Part shown: in pieces, positions 22,272 to 37,200 of the stretch
Layout: each line of letters opens with the position of its first letter
Position numbering within the stretch: position 1 is the stretch's first letter
Source of the DNA: Ranitomeya imitator
Taxonomy: Eukaryota
Reading direction: 5' to 3'
NCBI RefSeq assembly: GCF_032444005.1
Contig: NW_027193546.1
Location: forward strand, 806,001-870,000
DNA length: 64,000 bases
Made by a program: the position numbers and the translations under genes
Notes under the pieces: generated by a model
Seen by the model: only the letters and a program-made list of their open reading frames with translations
The model's database searches: none
Told to the model about the DNA's origin: nothing

Positions 22272-25200
22272 GATCATACAGCTCTGCGGGGAAGAGGTGG
22301 TGGCACTGATCATACAGCTCTGCGGGGGAGAAGGTGGTGGCACTGATCATACAGCTCTGCGGGGTGGAGGTGATTTCTCTGATCATACAGCTCTGCAGGG
22401 AGGAGTAGGTGGTGGCACTGATGATACAGCTCTGCGGGGAGGAGGTGGTGGCACTGATCATACAGCTCTGCGGGGAGGAGGAGGTGGCACTGATCATACA
22501 GCTCTGCGGGGAGGAGGTGGTGGCACTGATCATACAGCTCTGCGGGGAGGAGGTGGTGGCACTGATCATACAGCTCTGCGGGGAGGAGGTGGTGGCACTG
22601 ATCATACAGCTCTGCGGGGAGGAGGTGATGGCACTGATCGTACAGCTCTGCGGGGAGGAGGTGGTGGCACTGATCATACAGCTCTGCAGGGAGGAGGTGG
22701 TGGCACTGATCATACAGCTCTGCGGGGAGAAGGTGTTGGCACTGATCATACAGCTCTCCGGGGAGGAGGTGATTTCTCTGATCATACAGCTCTGCAGGGA
22801 GGAGGAGGTTATGGCTCTGATCATACAGGTCTGAGGGGAGTAGGTGGTGGCTCTGATCATACAGCTCTGCGGGGAGAGGGTGGTGGCACTGATCATACAG
22901 CTCTGCGGGGAGGAGGTGATGGCTCTGATCCTACAGCTCTGCGGGGAGAATGTGGTGGCTCTGATCATACAGCTCTGCAGGGAGGAGGTGGTGGCACTGA
23001 TCATACAGCTCTGCGGGGAGGAGGTGGTGGCACTGATCATACAGCTCTGCGGGGAGGAGGTGGTGGCACTGATCATACAGCTCTGCGGGGAGGAGGTGGT
23101 GGTACTGATCATACAGCTGTGCGGGGAGGAGGTGATTTCTCTGATCATACAGCTCTGCAGGGAGGAGGTGGTGGCTCTGATCATACAGCTCTGCGGGGAG
23201 AAGGTGGTGGCTCTGATCATACAGCTCTGCGGGGAGGAGGAGGTGGCACTGATCATACAGCTCTGCGGGGAGGAGGTGGTGGCACTGATCATACAGCTCT
23301 GCGGGGAGGAGGTGGTGGCACTGATCATACAGCTCTGCGGGGAGGAGGTGGTGGCACTGATCATACAGCTCTGCGGGGAGGAGGAGGTGGCTCTGATCAT
23401 ACAGCTCTGCGGGGAGGAGGAGGTGGCACTGATCATACAGCTCTGCGGGGAGGAGGTGGTGGCACTGATCATACAGCTCTGCGGGGAGGAGGTGGTGGCA
23501 CTGATCATACAGCTCTGCGGGGAGGAGGTGGTGGCACTGATTATACAGCTCTGCGGGGAGAGGGTGGTGGCTCTGATCATACAGCTCTGCGGGGAGGAGG
23601 TGGTGGCTCTGATCATACAGCTCTGCGGGGTGGAGGTGATTTCTCTGATCATACAGCTCTGCAGGGAGGAGTAGGTGGTGGCACTGATGATACAGCTCTG
23701 CGGGGAGGAGGTGGTGGCACTGATCATACAGCTCTGCGGGGTGGAGGTGATTTCTCTGATCATACAGCTCTGCGGGGAGGAGGAGGTGGCACTGATCATA
23801 CAGCTCTGCGGGGAGGAGGTGGTGGCACTGATCATACAGCTCTGCGGGGAGGAGGTGGTGGCTCTGATCATGCTGCTCTGCGGGGAGGAGGTGGTGGTAC
23901 TGATCATACAGCTGTGCGGGGAGGAGGTGATTTCTCTGATCATACAGCTCTGCAGGGAGGAGGTGGTGGCTCTGATCATACAGCTCTGCGGGGAGGAGGT
24001 GGTGGCACTGATCATACAGCTCTGCGGGGAGGAGGTGGTGGCACTGATCATACAGCTCTGCGGGGAGGAGGTGGTGGCACTGATTATACAGCTCTGCGGG
24101 GAGAGGGTGGTGGCTCTGATCATACAGCTCTGCGGGGAGGAGGTGGTGGCTCTGGTCATACAGCTCTGCGGGGTGGAGGTGATTTCTCTGATCATACAGC
24201 TCTGCGGGGTGGAGGTGGTGGCACTGATTATACAGCTCTGCGGGGAGGAAGTGGTGGCTCTGATCATACAGCTCTGCGGGGGAGAAGGTGGTGGCACTGA
24301 TCATACAGCTCTGCGGGGTGGAGGTGATTTCTCTGATCATACAGCTCTGCAGGGAGGAGTAGGTGGTGGCACTGATGATACAGCTCTGCGGGGAGGAGGT
24401 GGTGGCACTGATCATACAGCTCTGCGGGGTGGAGGTGATTTCTCTGATCATACAGCTCTGCGGGGAGGAGGAGGTGGCACTGATCATACAGCTCTGCGGG
24501 GAGGAGGTGGTGGCACTGATCATACAGCTCTGCGGGGAGGAGGTGGTGGCACTGATCATACAGCTCTGCGGGGAGGAGGTGGTGGCACTGATTATACAGC
24601 TCTGCGGGGAGAGGGTGGTGGCTCTGATCATACAGCTCTGCGGGGAGGAGGTGGTGGCTCTGATCATACAGCTCTGCGGGGTGGAGGTGATTTCTCTGAT
24701 CATACAGCTCTGCGGGGTGGAGGTGGTGGCACTGATTATACAGCTCTGCGGGGAGGAAGTGGTGGCTCTGATCATACAGCTCTGCGGGGGAGAAGGTGGT
24801 GGCACTGATCATACAGCTCTGCGGGGTGGAGGTGGTGGCACTGATCATACAGCTCTGCGGGGAGGAGGTGATTTCTCTGATCATACAGCTCTGCAGGGAG
24901 GAGTAGGTGGTGGCACTGATGATACAGCTCTGCGGGGAGGAGGTGGTGGCACTGATCATACAGCTCTGCGGGGTGGAGGTGATTTCTCTGATCATACAGC
25001 TCTGCAGGGAGGAGTAGGTGGTGGCACTGATGATACAGCTCTGCGGGGAGGAGGTGGTGGCACTGATCATACAGCTCTGCGGGGAGGAGGTGGTGGCACT
25101 GATCATACAGCTCTGCGGGGAGGAGGAGGTGGCACTGATCATACAGCTCTGCGGGGAGGAGGTGGTGGCACTGATCATACAGCTGTGCGGGGAGGAGGTG

Positions 25201-28200
25201 ATTTCTCTGATCATACAGCTCTGCAGGGAGGAGGTGGTGGCACTGATCATACAGCTCTGCGGGGAGGAGGTGGTGGCACTGATCATACAGCTCTGCGGGG
25301 AGGAGGTGGTGGCACTGATCATACAGCTCTGCGGGGAGGAGGTGATTTCTCTGATCATACAGCTCTGCAGGGAGGAGGTGGTGGCTCTGATCATACATCT
25401 CTGCGGGGAGGAGGTGGTGGCACTGATCATACAGCTCTGCGGGGAGGAGGAGGTGGCACTGATCATACAGCTCTGCGGGGAGGAGGTGGTGGCACTGATC
25501 ATACAGCTCTGCGGGGAGGAGATGGTGGCACTGATCATACAGCTCTGCGGGGAGGAGGAGGTGGCACTGATCATACAGCTCTGCGGGGAGGAGGTGGTGG
25601 CACTGATCATACAGCTCTGCGGGGAGGAGGTGGTGGCACTGATCATACAGCTCTGCGGGGAGGAGGAGGTGACACTGATCATACAGCTCTGCGGGGAGGA
25701 GGTGGTGGCACTGATCATACAGCTCTGCGGGGAGGAGGTGGTGGCACTGATCATACAGCTCTGCGGGGAGAAGGTGGTGGCACTGATCATACAGCTCTGC
25801 GGGGACGAGGTGGTGGCACTGATCGTACAGCTCTGCGGGGAGGAGGTGGTGGCACTGATCATACAGCTCTGCAGGGAGGAGGTGGTGGCACTGATCATAC
25901 AGCTCTGCGGGGAGAAGGTGTTGGCACTGATCATACAGCTCTCCGGGGAGGAGGTGATTTCTCTGATCATACAGCTCTGCAGGGAGGAGGAGGTTATGGC
26001 TCTGATCATACAGGTCTGAGGGGAGTAGGTGGTGGCTCTGATCATACAGCTCTGCGGGGAGAGGGTGGTGGCACTGATCATACAGCTCTGCGGGGAGGAG
26101 GTGATGGCTCTCATCCTACAGCTCTGCGGGGAGAATGTGGTGGCTCTGATCATACAGCTCTGCGGGGAGAAGGTGGTGGCACTGATCAAACGGCTCTCCG
26201 GGGAGGAGGTGATTTCTCTGATCATACAGCTCTGCAGGGAGGAGGTGGTGGCTCTGATCATACAGCTCTGCGGAGAGGAGGTGGTGGCTCTGATCATGCA
26301 GCTCTGCGGGGAGGAGGTGGTGGCACTGATCATACAGCTCTGCGGGGAGGAGGTGGTGGTACTGATCATACAGCTCTGCGGGGAGGAGGTGGTGGCTCTG
26401 ATCATACAGCTCTGCGGGGAGGAGGTGGTGGTACTGATCATACAGCTGTGCGGGGAGGAGGTGATTTCTCTGATCATACAGCTCTGCAGGGAGGAGGTGG
26501 TGTCTCTGATCATACAGCTCTGCGGGGAGGAGGTGGTGGCTCTGATCATACAGCTCTGCGGGGAGGAGGAGGTGGCACTGATCATACAGCTCTGCGGGGA
26601 GGAGGTGGTGGTACTGATCATACAGCTCTGCGGGGAGGAGGTGGTGGCACTGATCATACAGCTCTGCGGGGAGGAGGAGGTGGCTCTGATCATACAGCTC
26701 TGCGGGGAGGAGGTGGTGGCACTGATCATACAGCTCTGCGGGGAGGAGGTGGTGGCACTGATCATACAGCTCTGCAGGGAGGAGGTGGTGGCACTGATCA
26801 TACAGCTCTGCGGGGAGAAGGTGTTGGCACTGATCATACAGCTCTCCGGGGAGGAGGTGATTTCTCTGATCATACAGCTCTGCAGGGAGGAGGAGGTTGT
26901 GGCTCTGATCATACAGGTCTGAGGGGAGTAGGTGGTGGCTCTGATCATACAGCTCTGCGGGGAGAGGGTGGTGGCACTGATCATACAGCTCTGCGGGGAG
27001 GAGGTGATGGCTCTGATCCTACAGCTCTGCGGGGAGAATGTGGTGGCTCTGATCATACAGCTCTGCGGGGAGAAGGTGGTGGCACTGATCATACGGCTCT
27101 CCGGGGAGGAGGTGATTTCTCTGATCATACAGCTCTGCAGGGAGGAGGTGGTGGCTCTGATCATACAGCTCTGCGGAGAGGAGGTGGTGGCTCTGATCAT
27201 GCAGCTCTGCGGGGAGGAGGTGGTGGCACTGATCATACAGCTCTGCGGGGAGGAGGTGGTGGTACTGATCATACAGCTCTGCGGGGAGGAGGTGGTGGCT
27301 CTGATCATACAGCTCTGCGGGGAGGAGGTGGTGGTACTGATCATACAGCTGTGCGGGGAGGAGGTGATTTCTCTGATCATACAGCTCTGCGGGGAGGAGG
27401 AGGTGGCACTGATCATACAGCTCTGCGGGGAGGAGGTGGTGGCACTGATCATACAGCTCTGCGGGGAGGAGGTGGTGGCACTGATCATACAGCTCTGCGG
27501 GGAGGAGGTGGTGGCACTGATCATACAGCTCTGCGGGGAGGAGGTGGTGGCACTGATCATACAGCTCTGCGGGGAGGAGGTGGTGGCTCTGATCATACAG
27601 CTCTGCCGGGAGGAGAAGGTGTTGGCACTGATCATACAGCTGTGCGGGGAGGAGGTGATTTCTCTGATCATACAGCTCTGCAGGGAGGAGGTGATGGTAC
27701 TGATCATACAGCTGTGCGGGGAGGAGGTGATTTCTCTGATCATACAGCTCTGCAGGGAGGAGGTGGTGGCACTGATCATACAGCTCTGCGGGGAGGAGGT
27801 GGTGGCACTGATCATACAGCTCTGCGGGGAGGAGGTGGTGGCACTGATCATACAGCTCTGCGGGGAGGAGGTGGTGGCTCTGATCATACAGCTCTGCCGG
27901 GAGGAGAAGGTGTTGGCACTGATCATACAGCTGTGCGGGGAGGAGGTGATTTCTCTGATCATACAGCTCTGCAGGGAGGAGGTGGTGGCTCTGATCATAC
28001 AGCTCTGCGGGGAGGAGGTGGTGGCTCTGATCATGCAGCTCTGCGGGAGAGGGTGGTGGCACTGATCATACAGCTCTGCGGGGAGTGGTGGTGGCACTGA
28101 TTATACAGCTCTGCGGGGAGAGGGTGGTGGCTCTGATCATACAGCTCTGCGGGGTGGAGGTGATATTTCTGATCATACAGCTCTGCGGGGTGGAGGTGGT

Positions 28201-31200
28201 GGCACTGATTATATAGCTCTGCGGGGAGGAAGTGGTGGCTCTGATCATACAGCTCTGCGGGGGAGAAGGTGGTGGCACTGATCATACAGCTCTGCGGGGT
28301 GGAGGTGATTTCTCTGATCATACAGCTCTGCAGGGAGGAGTAGGTGGTGGCACTGATGATACAGCTCTGCGGGGAGGAGGTGGTGGCACTGATCATACAG
28401 CTCTGCGGGAGAGGGTGGTGGCACTGATCATACAGCTCTGCGGGGAGTGGTGGTGGCACTGATCATACAGCTCTGCGGGGAGAAGGTGGTGGCTCTGATC
28501 ATACGGCTCTGCGCGGAGGAGGTGATTTATCTGATCATACAGCTCTGCAGGGAGGAGGAGGTGGTGGCTCTGATCATACAGCTCTGCGGGGAGAAGGTGG
28601 TGGCTCTGATCATACAGCTCTGCAGGGAGGAGGAGGTGGTGGCACTGATGATACAGCTCTGCGGGGAGGAGGTAGTGGCTTTGATCATACAGCTCTGCGG
28701 GGAGGAGGTGGTGGCACTGGTCATACAGCTCTGCGGGGAGAGGGTGGTGGTACTGATCATACAGTTCTGCGTGGAGGAGGAGGTGGCACTGATCATACAG
28801 CTCTGCGGGGAGAAAGTGGTGGCACTGATCATACAGCTCTGCAGGGAGAGGGTGGTGGCACTGATCATACAGCTCTGCGGGGAGAGGTGGTGGCACTGAT
28901 CATACAGCTCTGCGGGAGAGGATGGTGGCACTGATCATACAGCTCTGCGGGAGAGGGTGGTGGCACTGATCATACAGCTCTGCGGGGAGTGGTGGTGGCA
29001 CTGATTATACAGCTCTGCGGGGAGAGGGTGGTGGCTCTGATCATACAGCTCTGCGGGGTGGAGGTGATATTTCTGATCATACAGCTCTGCGGGGTGGAGG
29101 TGGTGGCACTGATTATATAGCTCTGCGGGGAGGAAGTGGTGGCTCTGATCATACAGCTCTGCGGGGGAGAAGGTGGTGGCACTGATCATACAGCTCTGCA
29201 GGGAGGAGGTGGTGGCACTGATCATACAGCTCTGCGGGGAGAAGGTGTTGGCACTGATCATACAGCTCTCCGGGGAGGAGGTGATTTCTCTGATCATACA
29301 GCTCTGCGAGGAGGAGATGATTTCTCTGATCATACAGCTCTGCGGGGTGGACGTGGTGGCACTGATTATATAGCTCTGCGGGGAGGAAGTGGTGGCTCTG
29401 ATCATACAGCTCTGCGGGGGAGAAGGTGGTGGCACTGATCATACAGCTCTGCGGGGTGGAGGTGATTTCTCTGATCATACAGCTCTGCAGGGAGGAGTAG
29501 GTGGTGGCACTGATGATACAGCTCTGCGGGGAGGAGGTGGTGGCACTGATCATACAGCTCTGCGGGAGAGGGTGGTGGCACTGATCATACAGCTCTGCGG
29601 GGAGTGGTGGTGGCACTGATCATACAGCTCTGCGGGGAGAAGGTGGTGGCTCTGATCATACGGCTCTGCGCGGAGGAGGTGATTTCTCTGATCATACAGC
29701 TCTGCAGGGAGGAGGAGGTGGTGGCTCTGATCATACAGCTCTGCGGGGAGAAGGTGGTGGCTCTGATCATACAGCTCTGCAGGGAGGAGGAGGTGGTGGC
29801 ACTGATGATACAGCTCTGCGTGGAGGAGGAGGTGGCACTGATCATACAGCTCTGCGGGGAGAAAGTGGTGGCACTGATCATACAGCTCTGCAGGGAGAGG
29901 GTGGTGGCACTGATCATACAGCTCTGCGGGGAGAGGTGGTGGCACTGATCATACAGCTCTGCGGGGAGTGGTGGTGTCACTGATCATACAGCTCTGCGGG
30001 GAGAAGGTGGTGGCTCTGATCATACGGCTCTGCGCGGAGGAGGTGATTTCTCTGATCATACAGCTCTGCAGGGAGGAGGAGGTGGTGGCTCTGATCATAC
30101 AGCTCTGCGGGGAGAAGGTGGTGGCTCTGATCATACAGCTCTGCGGGGAGGAGAAGGTGGTGGCACTGATCGTACAGCTCTGCGGGGAGGAGGTGGTGGC
30201 ACTGATCATACAGCTCTGCAGGGAGGAGGTGGTGGCACTGATCATACAGCTCTGCGGGGAGAAGGTGTTGGCACTGATCATACAGCTCTCCGGGGAGGAG
30301 GTGATTTCTCTGATCATACAGCTCTGCGGGGAGAATGTGGTGGCACTGATCATACAGCTCTGCGGGGAGGAGGTGATGGCTCTGATCCTACAGCTCTGCG
30401 GGGAGAATGTGGTGGCACTGATCATACAGCTCTGCGGGGAGGAGGTGGTGGCACTGATCATACAGCTCTGCGGGGAGAAGGTTTTGGCACTGATCATACA
30501 GCTCTGCGGGGAGAAGGTGGTGGCACTGACCATACGGCTGTGCGCGGAGGAGATGATTTCTCTGATCATACAGCTCTGCAGGGAGGAGGAGGTGGTGGCA
30601 CTGATCATACAGCTCTGCAGGGAGGAGATGGTGGCACTGATCATACAGCTCTGCGGGGAGAAGGTGTTGGCACTGATCATACAGCTCTGGGGGGAGAAGG
30701 TGGTGGCACTGATCATACAGCTCTGCGGGGAGGAGGTGGTGGCAATGATCATACAGCTCTGCGGGGAGAAGGTGGTGGCTCTGATCATACAGCTCTGCGG
30801 GGAGGAGAAGGTGTTGGCACTGATCATACAGCTCTGCGGGGAGAAGGTGGTGGCTCTGATCATACGGCTCTGCGCGGAGGAGGTGATTTCTCTGATCATA
30901 CAGCTCTGCAGGGAGGAGGAGGTGGTGGCTCTGATCATACAGCTCTGCGGGGAGAAGGTGGTGGCTCTGATCATACAGCTCTGCGGGGACGAGAAGGTGG
31001 TGGCACTGATCGTACAGCTCTGCGGGGAGGAGGTGGTGGCACTGATCATACAGCTCTGCGGGGAGGAGGTGGTGGCTCTGATCATACAGCTCTGCGGGGA
31101 GTAGGTGGTGGCACTGATCATACAGCTGTGCGGGGAGGAGGTGATTTCTCTGATCATACGGCTCTGCGCGGAGGAGGTGATTTCTCTGATCATACAGCTC

Positions 31201-34200
31201 TGCAGGGAGGAGGAGGTTATGGCTCTGATCATACAGCTCTGAGGGGAGTAGGTGGTGGCTCTGATCATACAGCTCTGCGGGGAGAGGGTGGTGGCACTGA
31301 TCATACAGCTCTGCGGGGAGGAGGTGATGGCTCTGATCCTACAGCTCTGCGGGGAGAATGTGGTGGCTCTGATCATACAGCTCTGCGGGGAGAAGGTGGT
31401 GGCACTGATCATACAGCTCTCCGGGGAGGAGGTGATTTCTCTGATCATACAGCTCTGCAGGGAGGAGGTGGTGGCTCTGATCATACAGCTCTGCGGGGAG
31501 GAGGTGGTGGCTCTGATCATGCAGCTCTGCGGGGAGGAGGTGGTGGCACTGATCATACAGCTGTGCGGGGAGGAGGTGGTGGCACTGATCATACAGCTCT
31601 GCGGGGAGGAGGTGGTGGCACTGATCATACAGCTCTGCGGGGAGGAGGTGGTGGCACTGATCATACAGCTCTGCGGGGAGGAGGAGGTGGCACTGATCAT
31701 ACAGCTCTGCGGGGAGGAGGTGGTGGCACTGATCATACAGCTCTGCGGGGAGGAGGTGGTGGCACTGATCATACAGCTCTGCGGGGAGAGGGTGGTGGTA
31801 CTGATCATACAGTTCTGCGTGGAGGAGGAGGTGGCACTGATCATACAGCTCTGAGGGGAGAAAGTGGTGGCACTGATCATACAGCTCTGCAGGGAGAGGG
31901 TGGTGGCACTGATCATACAGCTCTGCGGGGAGAGGTGGTGGCACTGATCATACAGCTCTGCGGGAGAGGGTGGTGGCACTGATCATACAGCTCTGCGGGG
32001 AGAGGGTGGTGGCTCTGATCATACAGCTCTGCGGGGAGGAGGTGGTGGCTCTGATCATACAGCTCTGCAGGGTGGAGGTGATTTTTCTGATCATACAGCT
32101 CTGCGGGGTGGAGGTGGTGTCACTGATTATATAGCTCTGCGGGGAGGAGGTGGTGGCTCTGATCATACAGCTCTGCGGGGGAGAAGGTGGTGGCACTGAT
32201 CATACAGCTCTGCGGGGTGGAGGTGATTTCTCTGATCATACAGCTCTGCAGGGAGGAGTAGGTGGTGGCACTGATGATACAGCTCTGCGGGGAGGAGGTG
32301 GTGGCACTGATCATACAGCTCTGCGGGAGAGAGTGGTGGCACTGATCATACAGCTCTGCGGGGAGTGGTGGTGGCACTGATCATACAGCTCTGCGGGGAG
32401 AAGGTGGTGGCTCTGATCATACGGCTCTGCGCGGAGGAGGTGATTTCTCTGATCATACAGCTCTGCAGGGAGGAGGAGGTGGTGGCTCTGATCATACAGC
32501 TCTGCGGGGAGAAGGTGGTGGCTCTGATCATACAGCTCTGCGGGGAGGAGAAGGTGGTGGCACTGATCGTACAGCTCTGCGGGGAGGAGGTGGTGGCACT
32601 GATCATACAGCTCTGCAGGGAGGAGGTGGTGGCACTGATCATACAGCTCTGCGGGGAGAAGGTGGTGGCACTGATCATACAGCTCTGCGGGGTGGAGGTG
32701 ATTTCTCTGATCATACAGCTCTGCAGGGAGGAGTAGGTGGTGGCACTGATGATACAGCTCTGCGGGGAGGAGGTGGTGGCACTGATCATACAGCTCTGCG
32801 GGAGAGGGTGGTGGCACTGATCATACAGCTCTGCGGGGAGTGGTGGTGGCACTGATCATACAGCTCTGCGGGGAGAAGGTGGTGGCTCTGATCATACGGC
32901 TCTGCGCGGAGGAGGTGATTTCTCTGATCATACAGCTCTGCGGGGTGGAGGTGATTTCTCTGATCATACAGCTCTGCGGGGAGGAGGTGGTGGCACTGAT
33001 CATACAGCTCTGCGGGAGAGGGTGGTGGCACTGATCATACAGCTCTGCGGGAGAGGGTGGTGGCACTGATCATACAGCTCTGCGGGGAGAGGGTGGTGGC
33101 TCTGATCATACAGCTCTGCGGGGAGGAGGTGGTGGCTCTGATCATACAGCTCTGCGGGGTGGAGGTGATTTCTCTGATCATACAGCTCTGCGGGGTGGAG
33201 GTGGTGTCACTGATTATATAGCTCTGCGGGGAGGAAGTGGTGGCTCTGATCATACAGCTCTGCGGGGGAGAAGGTGGTGGCACTGATCATACAGCTCTGC
33301 GGGGTGGAGGTGATTTCTCTGATCATACAGCTCTGCAGGGAGGAGTAGGTGGTGGCACTGATGATACAGCTCTGCGGGGAGGAGGTGGTGGCACTGATCA
33401 TACAGCTCTGCGGGAGAGGGTGGTGGCACTGATCATACAGCTCTGCGGGGAGTGGTGGTGGCACTGATCATACAGCTCTGCGGGGAGAAGGTGGTGGCTC
33501 TGATCATACAGCTCTGCAGGGAGGAGGTGGTGGCACTGATCATACAGCTCTGCGGGGAGAAGGTGTTGGCACTGATCATACAGCTCTCCGGGGAGGAGGT
33601 GATTTCTCTGATCATACAGCTCTGCGGGGAGAATGTGGTGGCACTGATCATACAGCTCTGCGGGGAGGAGGTGATGGCTCTGATCCTACAGCTCTGCGGG
33701 GAGAATGTGGTGGCACTGATCATACAGCTCTGCGGGGAGGAGGTGGTGGCACTGATCATACAGCTCTGCGGGGAGAAGGTTTTGGCACTGATCATACAGC
33801 TCTGCGGGGAGAAGGTGGTGGCACTGACCATACGGCTGTGCGCGGAGGAGATGATTTCTCTGATCATACAGCTCTGCAGGGAGGAGGAGGTGGTGGCACT
33901 GATCATACAGCTCTGCAGGGAGGAGATGGTGGCACTGATCATACAGCTCTGGGGGGAGAAGGTGGTGGCACTGATCATACAGCTCTGCGGGGAGGAGGTG
34001 GTGGCAATGATCATACAGCTCTGCGGGGAGAAGGTGGTGGCTCTGATCATACAGCTCTGCGGGGAGGAGAAGGTGTTGGCACTGATCATACAGCTCTGCG
34101 GGGAGAAGGTGGTGGCTCTGATCATACGGCTCTGCGCGGAGGAGGTGATTTCTCTGATCATACAGCTCTGCAGGGAGGAGGAGGTGGTGGCTCTGATCAT

Positions 34201-37200
34201 ACAGCTCTGCGGGGAGAAGGTGGTGGCTCTGATCATACAGCTCTGCGGGGACGAGAAGGTGGTGGCACTGATCGTACAGCTCTGCGGGGAGGAGGTGGTG
34301 GCACTGATCATACAGCTCTGCGGGGAGGAGGTGGTGGCTCTGATCATACAGCTCTGCGGGGAGTAGGTGGTGGCACTGATCATACAGCTGTGCGGGGAGG
34401 AGGTGATTTCTCTGATCATACGGCTCTGCGCGGAGGAGGTGATTTCTCTGATCATACAGCTCTGCAGGGAGGAGGAGGTTATGGCTCTGATCATACAGCT
34501 CTGAGGGGAGTAGGTGGTGGCTCTGATCATACAGCTCTGCGGGGAGAGGGTGGTGGCACTGATCATACAGCTCTGCGGGGAGGAGGTGATGGCTCTGATC
34601 CTACAGCTCTGCGGGGAGAATGTGGTGGCTCTGATCATACAGCTCTGCGGGGAGAAGGTGGTGGCACTGATCATACAGCTCTCCGGGGAGGAGGTGATTT
34701 CTCTGATCATACAGCTCTGCAGGGAGGAGGTGGTGGCTCTGATCATACAGCTCTGCGGGGAGGAGGTGGTGGCTCTGATCATGCAGCTCTGCGGGGAGGA
34801 GGTGGTGGCACTGATCATACAGCTGTGCGGGGAGGAGGTGGTGGCACTGATCATACAGCTCTGCGGGGAGGAGGTGGTGGCACTGATCATACAGCTCTGC
34901 GGGGAGGAGGTGGTGGCACTGATCATACAGCTCTGCGGGGAGGAGGAGGTGGCACTGATCATACAGGTCTGCGGGGATGAGGTGGTGGCACTGATCATAC
35001 AGCTCTGCGGGGAGGAGGTGGTGGCACTGATCATACAGCTCTGCGGGGAGAGGGTGGTGGTACTGATCATACAGTTCTGCGTGGAGGAGGAGGTGGCACT
35101 GATCATACAGCTCTGAGGGGAGAAAGTGGTGGCACTGATCATACAGCTCTGCAGGGAGAGGGTGGTGGCACTGATCATACAGCTCTGCGGGGAGAGGTGG
35201 TGGCACTGATCATACAGCTCTGCGGGAGAGGGTGGTGGCACTGATCATACAGCTCTGCGGGGAGAGGGTGGTGGCTCTGATCATACAGCTCTGCGGGGAG
35301 GAGGTGGTGGCTCTGATCATACAGCTCTGCAGGGTGGAGGTGATTTCTCTGATCATACAGCTCTGCGGGGTGGAGGTGGTGTCACTGATTATATAGCTCT
35401 GCGGGGAGGAGGTGGTGGCTCTGATCATACAGCTCTGCGGGGGAGAAGGTGGTGGCACTGATCATACAGCTCTGCGGGGTGGAGGTGATTTCTCTGATCA
35501 TACAGCTCTGCAGGGAGGAGTAGGTGGTGGCACTGATGATACAGCTCTGCGGGGAGGAGGTGGTGGCACTGATCATACAGCTCTGCGGGAGAGGGTGGTG
35601 GCACTGATCATACAGCTCTGCGGGGAGTGGTGGTGGCACTGATCATACAGCTCTGCGGGGAGAAGGTGGTGGCTCTGATCATACGGCTCTGCGCGGAGGA
35701 GGTGATTTCTCTGATCATACAGCTCTGCAGGGAGGAGGAGGTGGTGGCTCTGATCATACAGCTCTGCGGGGAGAAGGTGGTGGCTCTGATCATACAGCTC
35801 TGCGGGGAGGAGAAGGTGGTGGCACTGATCGTACAGCTCTGCGGGGAGGAGGTGGTGGCACTGATCATACAGCTCTGCAGGGAGGAGGTGGTGGCACTGA
35901 TCATACAGCTCTGCGGGGAGAAGGTGGTGGCACTGATCATACAGCTCTGCGGGGTGGAGGTGATTTCTCTGATCATACAGCTCTGCAGGGAGGAGTAGGT
36001 GGTGGCACTGATGATACAGCTCTGCGGGGAGGAGGTGGTGGCACTGATCATACAGCTCTGCGGGAGAGGGTGGTGGCACTGATCATACAGCTCTGCGGGG
36101 AGTGGTGGTGGCACTGATCATACAGCTCTGCGGGGAGAAGGTGGTGGCTCTGATCATACGGCTCTGCGCGGAGGAGGTGATTTCTCTGATCATACAGCTC
36201 TGCGGGGTGGAGGTGATTTCTCTGATCATACAGCTCTGCGGGGAGGAGGTGGTGGCACTGATCATACAGCTCTGCGGGAGAGGGTGGTGGCACTGATCAT
36301 ACAGCTCTGCGGGAGAGGGTGGTGGCACTGATCATACAGCTCTGCGGGGAGAGGGTGGTGGCTCTGATCATACAGCTCTGCGGGGAGGAGGTGGTGGCTC
36401 TGATCATACAGCTCTGCGGGGTGGAGGTGATTTCTCTGATCATACAGCTCTGCGGTGTGGAGGTGGTGTCACTGATTATATAGCTCTGCGGGGAGGAAGT
36501 GGTGGCTCTGATCATACAGCTCTGCGGGGGAGAAGGTGGTGGCACTGATCATACAGCTCTGCGGGGTGGAGGTGATTTCTCTGATCATACAGCTCTGCAG
36601 GGAGGAGTAGGTGGTGGCACTGATGATACAGCTCTGCGGGGAGGAGGTGGTGGCACTGATCATACAGCTCTGCGGGAGAGGGTGGTGGCACTGATCATAC
36701 AGCTCTGCGGGGAGTGGTGGTGGCACTGATCATACAGCTCTGCGGGGAGAAGGTGGTGGCTCTGATCATACGGCTCTGCGCGGAGGAGGTGATTTCTCTG
36801 ATCATACAGCTCTGCAGGGAGGAGGAGGTGGTGGCTCTGAACATACAGCTCTGCGGGGAGAAGGTGGTGGCTCTGATCATACAGCTCTGCGGGGAGGAGA
36901 AGGTGGTGGCACTGATCGTACAGCTCTGCGGGGAGGAGGTGGTGGCACTGATCATACAGCTCTGCAGGGAGGAGGTGGTGGCACTGATCATACAGCTCTG
37001 CGGGGAGAAGGTGGTGGCTCTGATCATACAGCTCTGCGGGGAGGAGAAGGTGGTGGCACTGATCGTACAGCTCTGCGGGGAGGAGGTGGTGGCACTGATC
37101 ATACAGCTCTGCAGGGAGGAGGTGGTGGCACTGATCATACAGCTCTGCGGGGAGAAGGTGTTGGCACTGATCATACAGCTCTCCGGGGAGGAGGTGATTT

